A stretch of 64,000 nucleotides of DNA, from the NCBI GenBank assembly GCA_964035545.1, contig OZ037767.1:28660628-28724627 (forward strand), read 5' to 3'. Positions 1 through 38,200 of this stretch are shown one piece after another. Each line of letters opens with the position of its first letter. Position 1 is the stretch's first letter. This stretch comes from Bugula neritina. Taxonomy: Eukaryota > Animalia > Bryozoa. Position numbers and translations under genes: made by a program. The notes beneath the pieces are model-generated. The model made no database searches, was not told where the DNA came from, and saw only the letters and a program-made list of their open reading frames with translations.

Positions 1-171
1 TACAGTATATATATAGTGCAGCTATAGACGCAACGTGAGATCTCCATGTATCCCAGTAACCGGATTTAATTATAGTGCTTTGAGCTTAAGACTGTAGTAC
101 ACATGTAAGTAGGGACTTGTAAATTGGCATTCTTGACTACTGCTGTGTAGTTTTGCCTTGTCAGAAATATA

Positions 172-290
<119 letters not shown>

Positions 291-1196
291 TATATAATAT
301 TTAAAATATGATGAATCATTTATAGCTTCAAAAATAGTCAGACTATTTGACTACTGGATTGAAGTTTATGAGGATATTTATTCGCCAGCAGACGACCAAC
401 AAGCTGGTAGCAGACGACCAGCACGCCAGTGGCAGACACTGCGTCTGAATAACAAGCAGGACATGTGTCTGCTAGTAATGATAATAATGTGTTTGGTCGG
501 TGGCATTAGTAAGTGCCTAACCGCAGCAGGATGTAGAGTGGAGATGAGGCATAATGAGGTGGTTTGGTCTAGCCAACCTTGTGTTACCTAGTGCATAGTT
601 ACGCCCTCAAGTGTAGACTGAATGCTCTAATGCAAATATTTACTTAATAGTCTGAGAATTGTGAAGTAGGCGTTATAGTAGGCAAACTAGCATAGTCTGA
701 GGATGAGCAAGTAGATCATTATCCACAGAAATTATACAACTGGGAATGACAGTCTGTGAATATGTTATACTTATGGTATAACATTGTAATACTTAGTTCT
801 GTCACATTACAATCAAATTACACCAACAAAATGCGTCAAATTGAATCCACAGCTAGCTAGAATGTCCATCAGAAGGAACGTTCATCCATATTGTTTAAAT
901 ATCATTTTGTAACTGCTAGGTCTTAAACTGTCTTGATTTTCTCAAACCCTGACAAATGTGCATTCAGAATTCAGAAATGAAACTTAATAAAGGGCCTTTG
1001 CTTAGCTTATACACCGTGAAGCAAGGTGACCAAACATTCATGATCTTTGAAGGGGGGAATCATAGAGAATTAATCCTATATAGGTTAAGCACATCAGTTT
1101 CTTGTTACACCGTATACCCTCATCATATTGCACTGAATTATTGCTGGTCTACTGAATGTTACCATGGCTACCTAGTAGAGCTATTGAAATGCTCAC

Positions 1197-4100
1197 CTGT
1201 CAGTCTGACACGAAGGGACCACACTATCTGGATTCTCTAATACTGGCAGACAGCTAGTCTGTGGCATGACTCTAGGTCTGAAAACAGAAGAGAATGAATT
1301 GATTAGTGAATATCTTTGGTATATTGTATATAGAACCTTTGGTATATTATATATAGAGAGCCTTTGGTATATTATATATATAGAACCTTTGGTATATTAC
1401 ATATAGAACCTTTGGCATATTGTACTGCTAGTAAAACGTGAGCAGACAGAGCTGTATATAATGCTCAGTACCAGCCGCAATCTATCCCTCTGTTATTACT
1501 GATAATATCTTCAAAAGAGGTGTCTACTGTTGCAGGTGCAACTTGAGCTACTGCTAAGCCCAGGGCTAGAGAAGTTGCAGCTGTAATTCATTTTAGCTGG
1601 TCAGTTGACATTTGAACAAGCCATTCAGTCAGTAGCTTCGTCCAGTTTGCACACAAAAGGTTGTCAACTTAGTAGTGTTTGCACCGAGTAAACATCCCGG
1701 GGAGAGACTAGCCTAGTGACTGCTGGATGTGTAGTCAGCCATTGCTTGAGGGACTGCATTGTGCTCGAGTAAAAAACTACCAGGAGGAGGGGGGAGAGCT
1801 ACGAGTCCCTATTTAATGTCTCAATATTGAACACAGCTAAAAAAATCACATTTCTGGTCACTAGAAAGATTTACTGGCATAGAGTATAGACATTTTGAGT
1901 CAAAATTCTATTCCAGGTTTAGAAGTTACATCATCTAGGCACATTTTTCAGACTAGTGACTCGCTAACTGTTATAGACAAAGAGCTGAAACATCTGATAG
2001 GAGGGGATGCCAGACTAGACAAGATGTTATCTTTTGCTGATACCACAGACTCAATAACAGTGATGGTGATAGTGGTGGTAGTTAATCCAGCTAAAGGGGG
2101 GTACTTGTCTATTGCCAACAGTAGCTCATGAAGCTTGTCTTAATCAGGATTAGTTTACAGGGTGATGGGTATTGAAGACAGTGACGCTAAATGTTCAATC
2201 AAAATGATAAATGTAATGACATTAATAGAGTGGCAACTTAGTTGTCTGTGGCATCCATGATGTGCACTGAAAAATTAAACTTGGGTTTTATAGCCCACTG
2301 GTGGGAAGGGTGGGAAGGCACCTCTCCCGTAGTGACCACTATGGTACCGTAATAAGCTGTTGCAATAAATGCAGTTTTAATCATACATTCAAGTAGCAGA
2401 CTTCATATATCAAACTAGTGTAACCTGCCATATTTGGTTTCTTTAGGCATAGCAGCCATTATCAATGTTTCAGTATTGAAAACTCACTCAGTTTTGACCA
2501 ATGATGGGTTTTCATCTTCATTTTCTGCTGAACTGTTGAGCAGCCATTCTGGCCGAGCTGGGAATGCGACTGTAGAGGCAGAGGTGTACAACCTGTGGGC
2601 ACCTTCTTCACTGGTCACATGACTGTCACTCAGTTTCCGGAACTTTTCCTCTACTCCAGACTTGATGGGAGAACTGGATATCTAATAAGGGAAATAGTTC
2701 GAGTGGTTTCAATACAAATTACTAGCAAATTATAGTGTTGAAAATATTCAAAATGGCCGCTTGTGGTCCTATGCAATTATGAAACTTTATCATTAGGCTG
2801 AGAAACAACTGCTTAGCCAGCTAAATATAGACCCAATGGTTAACCCACACTTTTTTAATCTGATTTCTAAATTCTTTGTCTACACTTTACATATTCAAGT
2901 GTTGGCTAGAGGGCAAATTAGTTCCGACACCAGCTTAGTAGACGTTAGGCTGCAGATCAATCGCACAAGGCTTGTTTGCCAGTGGCAGCATATGCTAGCC
3001 ATTATGGCTCAAGTAATCTTGGCAGCAATATGACCTAATTGTAAGGCAGCAGTGACTGGATTAACCAAGTGCACTCACTGACTCAAACATTCTGAAATGA
3101 TGAACTAATAATGTGGTCATTGAATAAAACTTGGTGCATATGTAACGTGGTGTAACATAACATGGAGCAAGGGGAAATGCTGGTAATTCAATATGGTGGA
3201 ACATGCTGTCCATACAACTACTGTATAGTATGCAGTTTAGGGCTTAATATATTATGTTGAAGTCAGTTTGGTGAACTATTGGCCGCGTGAAAATGTTTTT
3301 CACCCCCCCACTGAGTAACTAAACATTAAAAACGTTGCTCTAGTTTAAATTTACCAATATGCTGGGGCATTTTAATAGAAAATATAATTATACTTAAATT
3401 ACAGTTGGTAAATACAAAAGCTGAAGCACCATTACAAATGAAACATACTATACGTGCGATTTATTTCTCATTTCCAGCCCCTAAATATGGCGCAGTTGTT
3501 CAACAAGCTAGCTCCGTGAGCTTACTAACCAGGCACTGTATTATGAGTTAAGGTTAGGCTACAACTAGTAATGGCTATGACATCACGCCATTGCGGCTTA
3601 GTTAACCAAAAGTCATCGACTGTGTCAACGCCTAACCAAGTCATGCTGCAGAGTCAACGACCCAAGTGACTTAAAACCATTATATAGTAATTCACTGTCG
3701 TTACATGACATACAGCATATCATAGCTAGATATAGATTCCATAGCACTAATATTTCTCAGAAAGCACTTTAGTTATTACTTAACTATGGTATATGAGCAG
3801 TACCATTAGTTTTAATGTAACTACAGTAGTTATGACTTGAACTATACCTGCTAATTATAAAACTAATCAGGCCAAATATTTAGATTTCTCTTGAAAAGAA
3901 TTTCTAAAGTCTAGACTAGAGTCTGGTAGCTTATTATATTGAAAGGGCAATACACGCAGCAGTCTAACTATTGTAATATATGCGTCTGAGCTTGAGCATG
4001 AATTAATAAATTACAGTTGCAGACGCTTCCATTGTGTGAATATAATGGCAGACAGACAGGCACTGAACTGACTACGTGATGTCAAAATCATATCTCAACC

Positions 4101-6655
4101 TGGGTTTTACGAGAAGGGAAAATATATGCTCTATGCGTCAGAAATGTCTATTTTGATAAGCAAATCTGTCTAGATATGAACCTGAAGTTTGATAAGTCTG
4201 GGAAATGGAAAAATGACAACAGTAGCTACTTATAGCATCACCTATGGTGATGCAACACATGAGATAGAGAGTCATTATAAATTGATCAGGTCGCAAAGTT
4301 TACACTCCAAACACCACTTTTATTCTTTCTGAAAATCATATTTTATGGTCAACTAGTCAACAGCCACTGGCTTTTTCAAATTTCAATTATTGCTGCTTTT
4401 TTAACAATTTTTTGAAGTTCAAAAAAAACTATTATTGCTGATGTATTATAAACAATGAGTAAATAGAATGAAAACCAACTTGAGAACTGGAGATCTGCAA
4501 GACCTGACAGAAAAATATGATTCTCACCATATAGATGAATGCATTTCAGTTGTAAAATCTCTCTCTATTGATATTTCTAGCTCATTGACATATTTGCTGT
4601 CTTGCTAGAATGGTCATACAGGTGGAATGAATGAATATGTGTAATAGAATGGGGATGAACTGGGCAAAAATGCTGGCATTTACCAATCATCATTGAACAA
4701 TGTTTAGTCTGTTATGTTCGATCAGATACTTTGCGTAGTAGAGTATTAGCTATCGATTGGTGTGAACCCAAAGGTTAATAATTGATGCAGTAATTATAAT
4801 GAAGCTGGTATCCTAAAATACCCTCAAACAATGACCCTGGTCAATACTTGTGCTTATGTCATCCAACCTGCCTTGGTTCACCAGAGTTCAGGCCCAGTCA
4901 ATGGTCTAACTTGGGAGAATAAGCTTTGCCTGTGACAGGTTACCTCCTGTTGCACAGTTGAATTGTCTTCAGAACCAACCCATATAAAAACTGGCTAATG
5001 TATCGATAATTGGTTCATGCCAGGATAATAGGTTTAAGAGAGATCTTTCGAGTTACACTGCTCTATGCTAACTGGTTAACGAGTTTAGAGAGGCTTCTCT
5101 ACTCCACTATATAGTTGACAAATCTTATTTTCAATACTGAATGGGCATCACTAGAGTTATTTCAGTTTTCAATAACGTTAGGCAGGCAATGCAAGAGACT
5201 AAAAATATAACCAATTATCTTAACGACTCGTGGGATAATCAAATTTCTTAAAAGCATTATTTCAGAAACAAAAGCGTAAAACTTTGCAGTTGTGTCGTCA
5301 GTTTGAAAATATTAAGTTTACCAGCATGAAAAATATAAACACAGGTCATTTCCCCACAACACTGTGGTTACACCTTTGGTTTGGGGTTAACCCTGCATGG
5401 CCACAAACTTCAAACCTCCAAACCCAAAGTGCAGACTACTGTTGCACAAGTGGACAGATAGTTACAAATGCATCACTAAAAATGGTTTCACATAGAAAGG
5501 CAATTTAAATGGACACTTATAATCCTATCACCCACATACTCTCATACTCATTCTGTGCCATCAATGTGATTAAATTATTGCTTTACTTTTTCCTTTTTAA
5601 ATTGATGCATCATTTGATTATAATATTAATTATCAACATTCTAATTCTATTGACTTTATTAAAAAAAAACGGTTTCTTGCCCTCACCTTTCGTTTTGAAG
5701 GTTGGTGTGTGCTTTGACCATTTAGTTCTGAAACTGTTTCCGAGTATTTCTGGAGTGTCTGGTTGAAAATGAGTTCAAGATCTGACGTGTTTTCAGATTT
5801 ACCCACAGCTTCCTCATCAAACAGGATATAAGATCTCCAATTGTTTCTATCAAAGCCCCAATGACAAATAAGACTTTCTTGAAATCCGTGTGAGTGTCCA
5901 ACAAACCTCCTTGGCGAAAGCAGATCTCCGCAATCAGCACACTCAATGCACAGGGCGTCGTGAGCTGTGTACAGATCAGGCTTCAAGTATCCATGCCCTT
6001 CGCCAAAGCATTCGTGGTAGACTGGTATACAGGAACTGTTAGCTCTAGCTCTGGTAGTGGCCGAATTGGAAATCATGTAATTGTTTTGAGCATCGTTAGC
6101 ACTGTGTAAAAGTACCTCGCAGAGTCTTTCAGCGTCTGTCAGAGTTATAAGACCACAGGAGTCGGCTCTCTGGAGTAAGTCACCTTTCTTCTTGAACAAC
6201 TCGAGCTGCTCTGGGTTGCAACGGGAGCAGTATATGTTTAAGTCGTCACACGCTTGCTCAATGTTTTCCCATGATAGTTTATCTAATACTGTTTGTAGAA
6301 GTTGTGGCAGACATAGTCGCTTTTCTCCTCCAATTTTAAAGCAGGATATTTTCTGGCCCTCTAGAATGGTGTGTGTAAGCTCCCATCTCGAGTCCGATCG
6401 CAACATTATCGGCAGAGTTTGTGAGTGTAATGGCATTCGTAAATTTGTAACATCCAAAGGTATTTGCTGCGCCAGTTCTTTTGCTGACCGGGTCAAAGCA
6501 GCTTTGTAACTCTCAAATCTTGCACCAGCCAACTTTGCCATTTCAGCATTCCACAGTGATGGCCCACCAAGAGCATTCATAGCGTAGATCTGAAAATGGT
6601 GAAGAACCTGGCTTAAATCTCTATTAGGTACAGATGGCGCCGTTGCTCCATTCAT
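1197..6655 (-). CDS. SKI: Ski/SnoN family transcriptional co-repressor, 5' part (continues beyond the left edge)
   Basis: Exon 1 5687-6655 (ATG 6655, donor AAG|GTGAGG) encodes an N-terminal Smad-binding-like segment (LSQVLHHFQIYAMNALGGPS), the Dachshund-homology domain (LEGQKISCFKIGGEKRLCLPQ...CGLITLTDAERLC) and the SAND-like Smad4-binding domain (VYHECFGEGHG...CIECADC...HSH...CHWGFDRNNWRSY). Further phase-compatible exons: 2488-2681 (ISSSPIKSGVEEKFRKL...) and 1197-1277 (PRVMPQTSCLPVLENPDSVVP, resembling the invertebrate Ski PVLxxPERVVP motif). Exons 2-3 are less certain than exon 1. Confidence 0.93.
1312..1422. repeat. About 23-27-bp minisatellite (ATATAGAACCTTTGGTATATT core), about 5 copies
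   Basis: Direct tandem copies in a Ski intron. Confidence 0.85.
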
Positions 6656-6984
6656 GTTGAAGAAGTTAATGTTGAAACCCCCGAGAATCACTTTCTTTTA
6701 CTAGGAACGACTATCGTGTGCCTTAGCTTGACCAGTCCTTAGCTTACGAAGTCTTGACGTGATATGAACAACGTTGTTTATAGTTTTTTAACGCTACGTC
6801 TGCAGAGGCTGTTGATTAGTCTAGACAGATTTCACTCCCTTCGTAGACAATATAAGATTATGTTTCAATGCGGTTAGTCTCGGCTAAATTCCGCACGACT
6901 AAGTTGCTGAATGTTGATAACTATCCTTTGATTTGCTTCAAATGAAGTCTATTGAAATAGGCATTATTCTAACCAACAAGGTAT

Positions 6985-7030
6985 TGCAGGGCGGAGGCAT
7001 GCCAGACAAGACTATTTCATTGGCTAGACT
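6985..7030 (-). promoter_or_regulatory. Probable Ski proximal promoter elements (GC box, CCAAT box)
   Basis: GGGCGG at about 6989-6994 and ATTGG (CCAAT on -) at about 7019-7023, about 350 bp upstream of the Ski ATG and downstream of the aPKC 3' end. Confidence 0.35.
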
Positions 7031-8337
7031 GAGATAATAGATTGTCGCCATTCTATTTAACGAGCAACCTCCCTAAAATCAATAACCCGTGAAACGTAGT
7101 TGCTATTCGCAACGTGCCACGGGCAGACAAATTGTAATTTTGCTCTTTGCTCGCTGTACAGCGCGTATTAGGAGTATTTGAGTGGTGGCCTTTATGGCAA
7201 TTATAAGCAATAATGTAATCATGCCTGGGTTTATAAATACACAAGGAAAACCGCTTCATTAGAATTCTTAAAAAATGGTTCAGAAAGTATACACATCTCC
7301 CGATCATTTCTGTAAATTTCAAAATTAAAGAACCGCTGCTACAAAGACAATAAGGTGGGCCTAAAAAATGAATTAGTAATTTTTAATTTTCATTCAGCAG
7401 ACTGTCATCAAGCACAACAATATAAGTACCATAATATCATCATGATAAGCAGCCAACATATTAGCTAAGACAGAAATATTTGATATCTTAACTTTTGGCC
7501 TACTAGATTAGGCATCGCTATAAGTACTGTGGTGACTGACAGTGGTAGAATTACTATAAGTACTGTAGTTACTGACAGTGGTGGAATTACTTGAAAATAG
7601 CTGTTGATCAAGCTTATAGGACAATAGTAACAAACTGAATGCATGAAGTGTCACGAGAGGAAAACTCTAGATATACACAACGAATTTGAGCGCTAAAAAT
7701 TTCGGTTTTGAAAAAGTTTATTAAATACGTTTGACAAAATTATATTGCACTTTAAAATAAGCAATATACAAGCAAATAGGTATAAAAATATTATAGCAAG
7801 TAGCACACATAAAATTGTGCTTTAAATAGCCTATTTATATGGTTTTACAGTACAAGCTATTACAATGAAATAAATCTAACTAACTAGAATTTATAATCTT
7901 ATCAAAAACACAAATGGCAGGCATTTATTTGGTTCCCAAAAGGGATGTTACCTAACATTAATTATATAATAAAATGCTGAACAATATGACTGCCTAGTAC
8001 GATTATAGCAGTCTCATTCAAAGAACTATAAAACATTAATATATCTACATCGGGCTACAAGACCAGACTGTTTGTTAACCTTAGTAAGTCAACAGAAGTT
8101 CAAGTAGGCGTGCACAACAAAAACTAAAAAATTCCATTATATAATACATATGTGAAAATTGGGTTTGTTTGTAGTAATATATTTAACAAATATTAAAGAC
8201 CACCAGTAAGCAAACAGATAGGCTGACCGCAGCATAGCAACATATAAACAAATAATTCTGCAAGAATTCATTCTGTTTGAACTGTGGCTTAAAATTAATA
8301 AAAAAATTATTTGACCTATTTAGTTAAAACAATTACT

Positions 8338-8437
8338 TAGAGTGGCTGCTAATATATAGAGTTTAGGTAGAGTGGCAGCTACTATATAGAGTTTAGGTAG
8401 AGTGGCAGCTACTATATAAAGTTTAGGTGGAGTGGCT
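8338..8437. repeat. 30-bp tandem repeat (TAGAGTGGCAGCTACTATATAGAGTTTAGG), about 3.3 copies, in the aPKC 3' UTR
   Basis: Direct tandem copies just downstream of the aPKC stop codon. Confidence 0.85.
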
Positions 8438-8472
8438 GTGACAAGTTGTTGAGTTGACACTTGATAGCAGGT

Positions 8473-34078
<25,606 letters not shown>

Positions 34079-34218
34079 TTCTGGCTCAATTATTAATACC
34101 GAGCTAACTAAATCATAAAAAGGGAATAAGACTTTAGAAGATGTTTTTATAATCTCAACACCAATAAAGTCAACGGTAATAAAAATGAATTATCAAACAT
34201 ATGATTCAATAAATACAT

Positions 34219-35211
34219 TGAAGTAAATTTGTGTCTGACACCAGGTGTCACTATTGACGGTAAGTAATCTCACTTAACAATGAGGGTCGGAATAGAATTC
34301 CCTTGTGCGGAAAACTAATTAAACTATCTAATACTGTTTGTTGCCAAATTATTTGCTAATGTGATTTTAATATTTTCCAGTGACTATTGATTTCTGGTGT
34401 TCGGTAACAGTGCTGGAGTGTGATAGGGACACGGCTATGGTTCGCCGATTTATATCACAGCAACTGTAGTCAGAGACAGTGACAGAAATCTAATTCCTGA
34501 TGTTCGAATCGCAGAGACTCGACAGGAATTCCGCAACGCAAGAGAGTCACTACAGTGGAAAAATGATTTCTGGTGTTCGGTAACAGTGCTGGAGCGTGAC
34601 AGGGACACGGCTATGGTTCGCCGATTTATATCACAGCAGCTGTAGTCAGAGACAGTGACAGAAATCAGATTCCTGGGATTTGAATCACCGAGATTCAACA
34701 GGAATTGCAGCGCAAGTAATCACCATTGACAAACCTATAGAAACTAACCACCACTATTGCCAACTCAATAGCAACCTAATCAAAGAGCAGAGTATTTCGC
34801 AAAGAATAAAATTTATTATATTTATAAGAGTCAATTATAAACATTACAACAGGCAACAGTCGACTGACTGCTACTAAAAATTACAACTCTATTTATATCC
34901 ATATTACGGACGTCTTGGAGCACAAAACGGACGTCTTGGAGTACAACCAATTATTTACATACAAAAATTTTATAAAACTCAACAAATTTAATATAAAATT
35001 AGCATTACAACTTGTATCAACCAATCACAATATATCAAAATTAGTTGACCTAGCTTTGAGTTAGTTAAATTATATTGCCAGAATGATTTAACTTGCAAGT
35101 CCGATAAAAATCACCTTGACCTAGTCTCTATATTCACAATATTGTTATTCAGGGCCGTCAACTTGACGCAACGTGTACTGCTCGATGGCTCTAATAATAT
35201 TTTTTACTACA
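34219..35211 (-). repeat. 3' LTR
   Basis: No difference from 40520-41512 seen by eye. On - it has a TATA box (TATAAATA, about 34890-34897), an Inr-like TCAGT (about 34865-34869) and AATAAA (34812-34817). Confidence 0.97.
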
Positions 35212-38200
35212 CCATCCCCTCCGGAGATAGAATTCCGTCCCGGAATTGGACCCTTCTTAAGTCTTTTAATTGGGTTGGCAGCTTCTACTAATGCAGGAAA
35301 TTCTTCATGGTAGTTACTGAACCAGTCAGCGTGTAGAATGGTTTGGGTCTCTGACTTCTTTGGCACAACTCTGTTAGTATAGTTAGACTTCGGCCAGGAG
35401 TGTACTCGATCTAGGTGGTAGTCTCCAAACCGAACAGGTTTGCGTCTTTGGCGGTTTGATCTAAAGCCAGGATCAGCTGAGTGGGTTTCTTCACCATATG
35501 TTTCTAACTCCTCTATAGCTGCAGACTCGCCTTCTTGGGGATGGTCATCGTCTTTCCGGTTTACATCAACACTTTCCTCCTTGGTCAATTCCTTCATACT
35601 GGAGGTAGATGGTAATCCGTCGGTTTCTGGTTCTACAGCAGTTCTATTATGTACGTCAACATCAGGTTCTGCATCTGGTAAGGCTCCGGGAGGTCTCACT
35701 ACGGCTGGGTCTTCTGATAATTGGGGTGTGACAGGCAGGATCTCTACATCGTCTTCTTCTTCTGTAATGAAGCCATTGGTGACCAAGTCTTGAGATGGTA
35801 TAGTGGGCAGTGGTGTTTCTGCGACAGTAGGTGGCCTTGTATCACCTGGAACAGGTGGGGTGGCTGCTAGTGCTCTATCCTTTTGTCTGGAGTCAGTTGA
35901 TTCTACATATGCTTTGATGCGCCCTTCATGTTGAACACTGTATTTGCCATCCTTTACCATACGATAAGTCTGGAACGGCAACACTTTAGTGATGGTGTAA
36001 GGCCCCACATATTTAGGACGGAGCTTAGCACCTCGTCCCTGTCCTTGGTAGTATGATTTTAACCAGACTTTATCGCCTTCCTTGTATGGACTGTCTTCCT
36101 CTTCAGGTTGAGGTATCTCCATCTGTTGTTGTCTCAACCGCTCATGGACTTGTTGTAGCCTCTCTCTGAGTTTATCCACAAACTCTTCCACTGGTAACTC
36201 CTGTGGGTCTTCTTGCTGGAACAAAAGATCTGCAGGCAATTTCACCTCCCTGCCTAGCATCAGAAAATTTGGGGTCTCGCCGGTGATTCGGTGTGGTGTA
36301 GCTCGAATTGTCCGCAGGATTTGTGGAACTAGCAAATCCCACTCCCTGTGAAGAGATTCGGCTAGAAGGGCACGCAGGGAATTTCCTAGGGTTCTGTTTA
36401 GCCGCTCGACCACGGAATTTCCTTGTGGGTGATACGGTGATGATCGTGTCTTATCACAGCCCCACAACAAACAGCACTCCTGAAAGATTTGGGATGTGAA
36501 TTGCTTTCCTTGATCAGAGTGGATGCATTCTGGGACTCCAAAGTAGCTGAAGACCCGCTCATCAAGCACCCGGGCGACAGTTGTGGCTGTCCCATTTTTT
36601 ATTGGGATAGCGTCATACCATCGGGTGAAATGGTCTGCTAGTACCAGTATCTGTGTGTTTCCTTGGTTTGTTTCAGGAAATGGTCCACAGAGGTCAATTG
36701 CAAGGATCTGCCAGGGGCGTCCGGCATGAAGATGATTCTGGGGGTTGGAGGATCGATGAGGGACAGGCTTAGCTTGCTGACACTGTTGACAACCCTGCAC
36801 TTGTCGTCTAATCTCGGCTGACATTCCAGGCCAATACCACTTTTCTTGTACACCAAGTAACGTTTTGTTGACTCCTAAATGTGCCTGTTTATGGATGGAT
36901 TCCACTACTTCACTTCTCAATGCACGAGGTAAAACAGTCACCATGTGACCCTCCCGGCGGTGCCTCGTTTTTATCATCAGGCGCCCTCCAAGAAGGCTGA
37001 GCTCTTCCCACCAGCGAAGTAGTGCTTTAGTCTCTCCGCCCACTTGGTCCACGTTAGGCTTCACTCCTTTCTGAAATGCGCGATAAACTGGACCAATGAC
37101 TGCATCTGTTTCTTGGGCTTGACGAATGGCGTCCATTTCAACATTCATCTGTGGCACAGCTTTAACTGCAACATGAGTAACCTCCGCAGCAACTTCCACT
37201 CTCTGGTCATTCACCGCGTTGGGTACTAGACTCATGGGTCTGTGGGCCATTGGGGGCTTCAACCATTCTGACCACTCCTGTGGCTCAGTCTTCTTTGGAT
37301 GGAAAATAGGGAATTGTGCAGCCTGTACAGTCGTTATTCCTTGCACTATGTCCGTCTGGGTAGCAGTGGAGTGGAATCTTGGTTCTTTGTTTGGTAAAGC
37401 AGTCTGGGAAAGGTTGATCTTCTTCTCAGGTGATGGAAACATTCGGTCACACTGTTTACATTCTTTGCATATCTGCCGGCTCAGTCCATCAGCATTGTTA
37501 TGTTTTCGCCCTTTCCTATGCTGTATCCTGAAGTTGTATTCGGATAGCGTTTCCAACCATCTTGCCAATTGTCCTGTCGGGGCAGGGTTTTGAAGCAGCC
37601 AAACAAGTGAAGCATGATCAGTCCTTACAAGGAACTGGCGGCCATAGAGTTGAGGCCGAAAATGGCGGACCGCTTTAATTATTGCCAGTAACTCCTGTCT
37701 GGTGACACAATAGTTGCTCTCTTCGCTGGAATACATCTTAGAGTAGTAGCTTACCACCCTCTCCTCGCCACCATGGATTTGGGACAGGACAGCCCCGGTA
37801 CCGACTTGACTAGCATCTGTATCAAGTATGAATTCTCTAGCATAATCAGGGTATGCAAGAATAGGGGCAGTAACTAGATGAGCCTTGAGTTTGTTGAAAG
37901 CCAATTCGCACTCCTCATCCCATTGAAATCTGGAATCTTTTGAACATAACTGGCTGAGGGAACGAGATACCTCGGAATACCTAGGGATAAACCGTCGATA
38001 GTACCCACATGTACCCAGGAATGCCCTGACATCTGTCTTATGCTGGGGTCGAGGCCACTCCTGTACTCTCTGTACCTTGGAATCATCTGTCGAAATACCA
38101 TTCTGACTGACAACGTGGCCTAGATACTGGACTTGTTCGGCAAATAAGGTGCACTTCTGAGGCTTTAATTTAAGTCCAGCAGCTGTTAGACGCTGGAAAA

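Noticed and set aside
1950-2270. Possible additional Ski exon
   Set aside because: Candidate acceptors lead to early stops or unrecognisable peptide; exon 2488-2681 joins 1197-1277 in phase without it.
34490-34540. CTGATG in the LTR hairpin as a hammerhead ribozyme core
   Set aside because: Reads CTGATGT rather than CTGANGA, has no correctly placed GAAA, and is absent from the second repeat copy.
34450-34877. 82-aa and 65-aa ORFs in both LTRs
   Set aside because: Non-ATG starts, overlap the structured repeats and have no protein motif.
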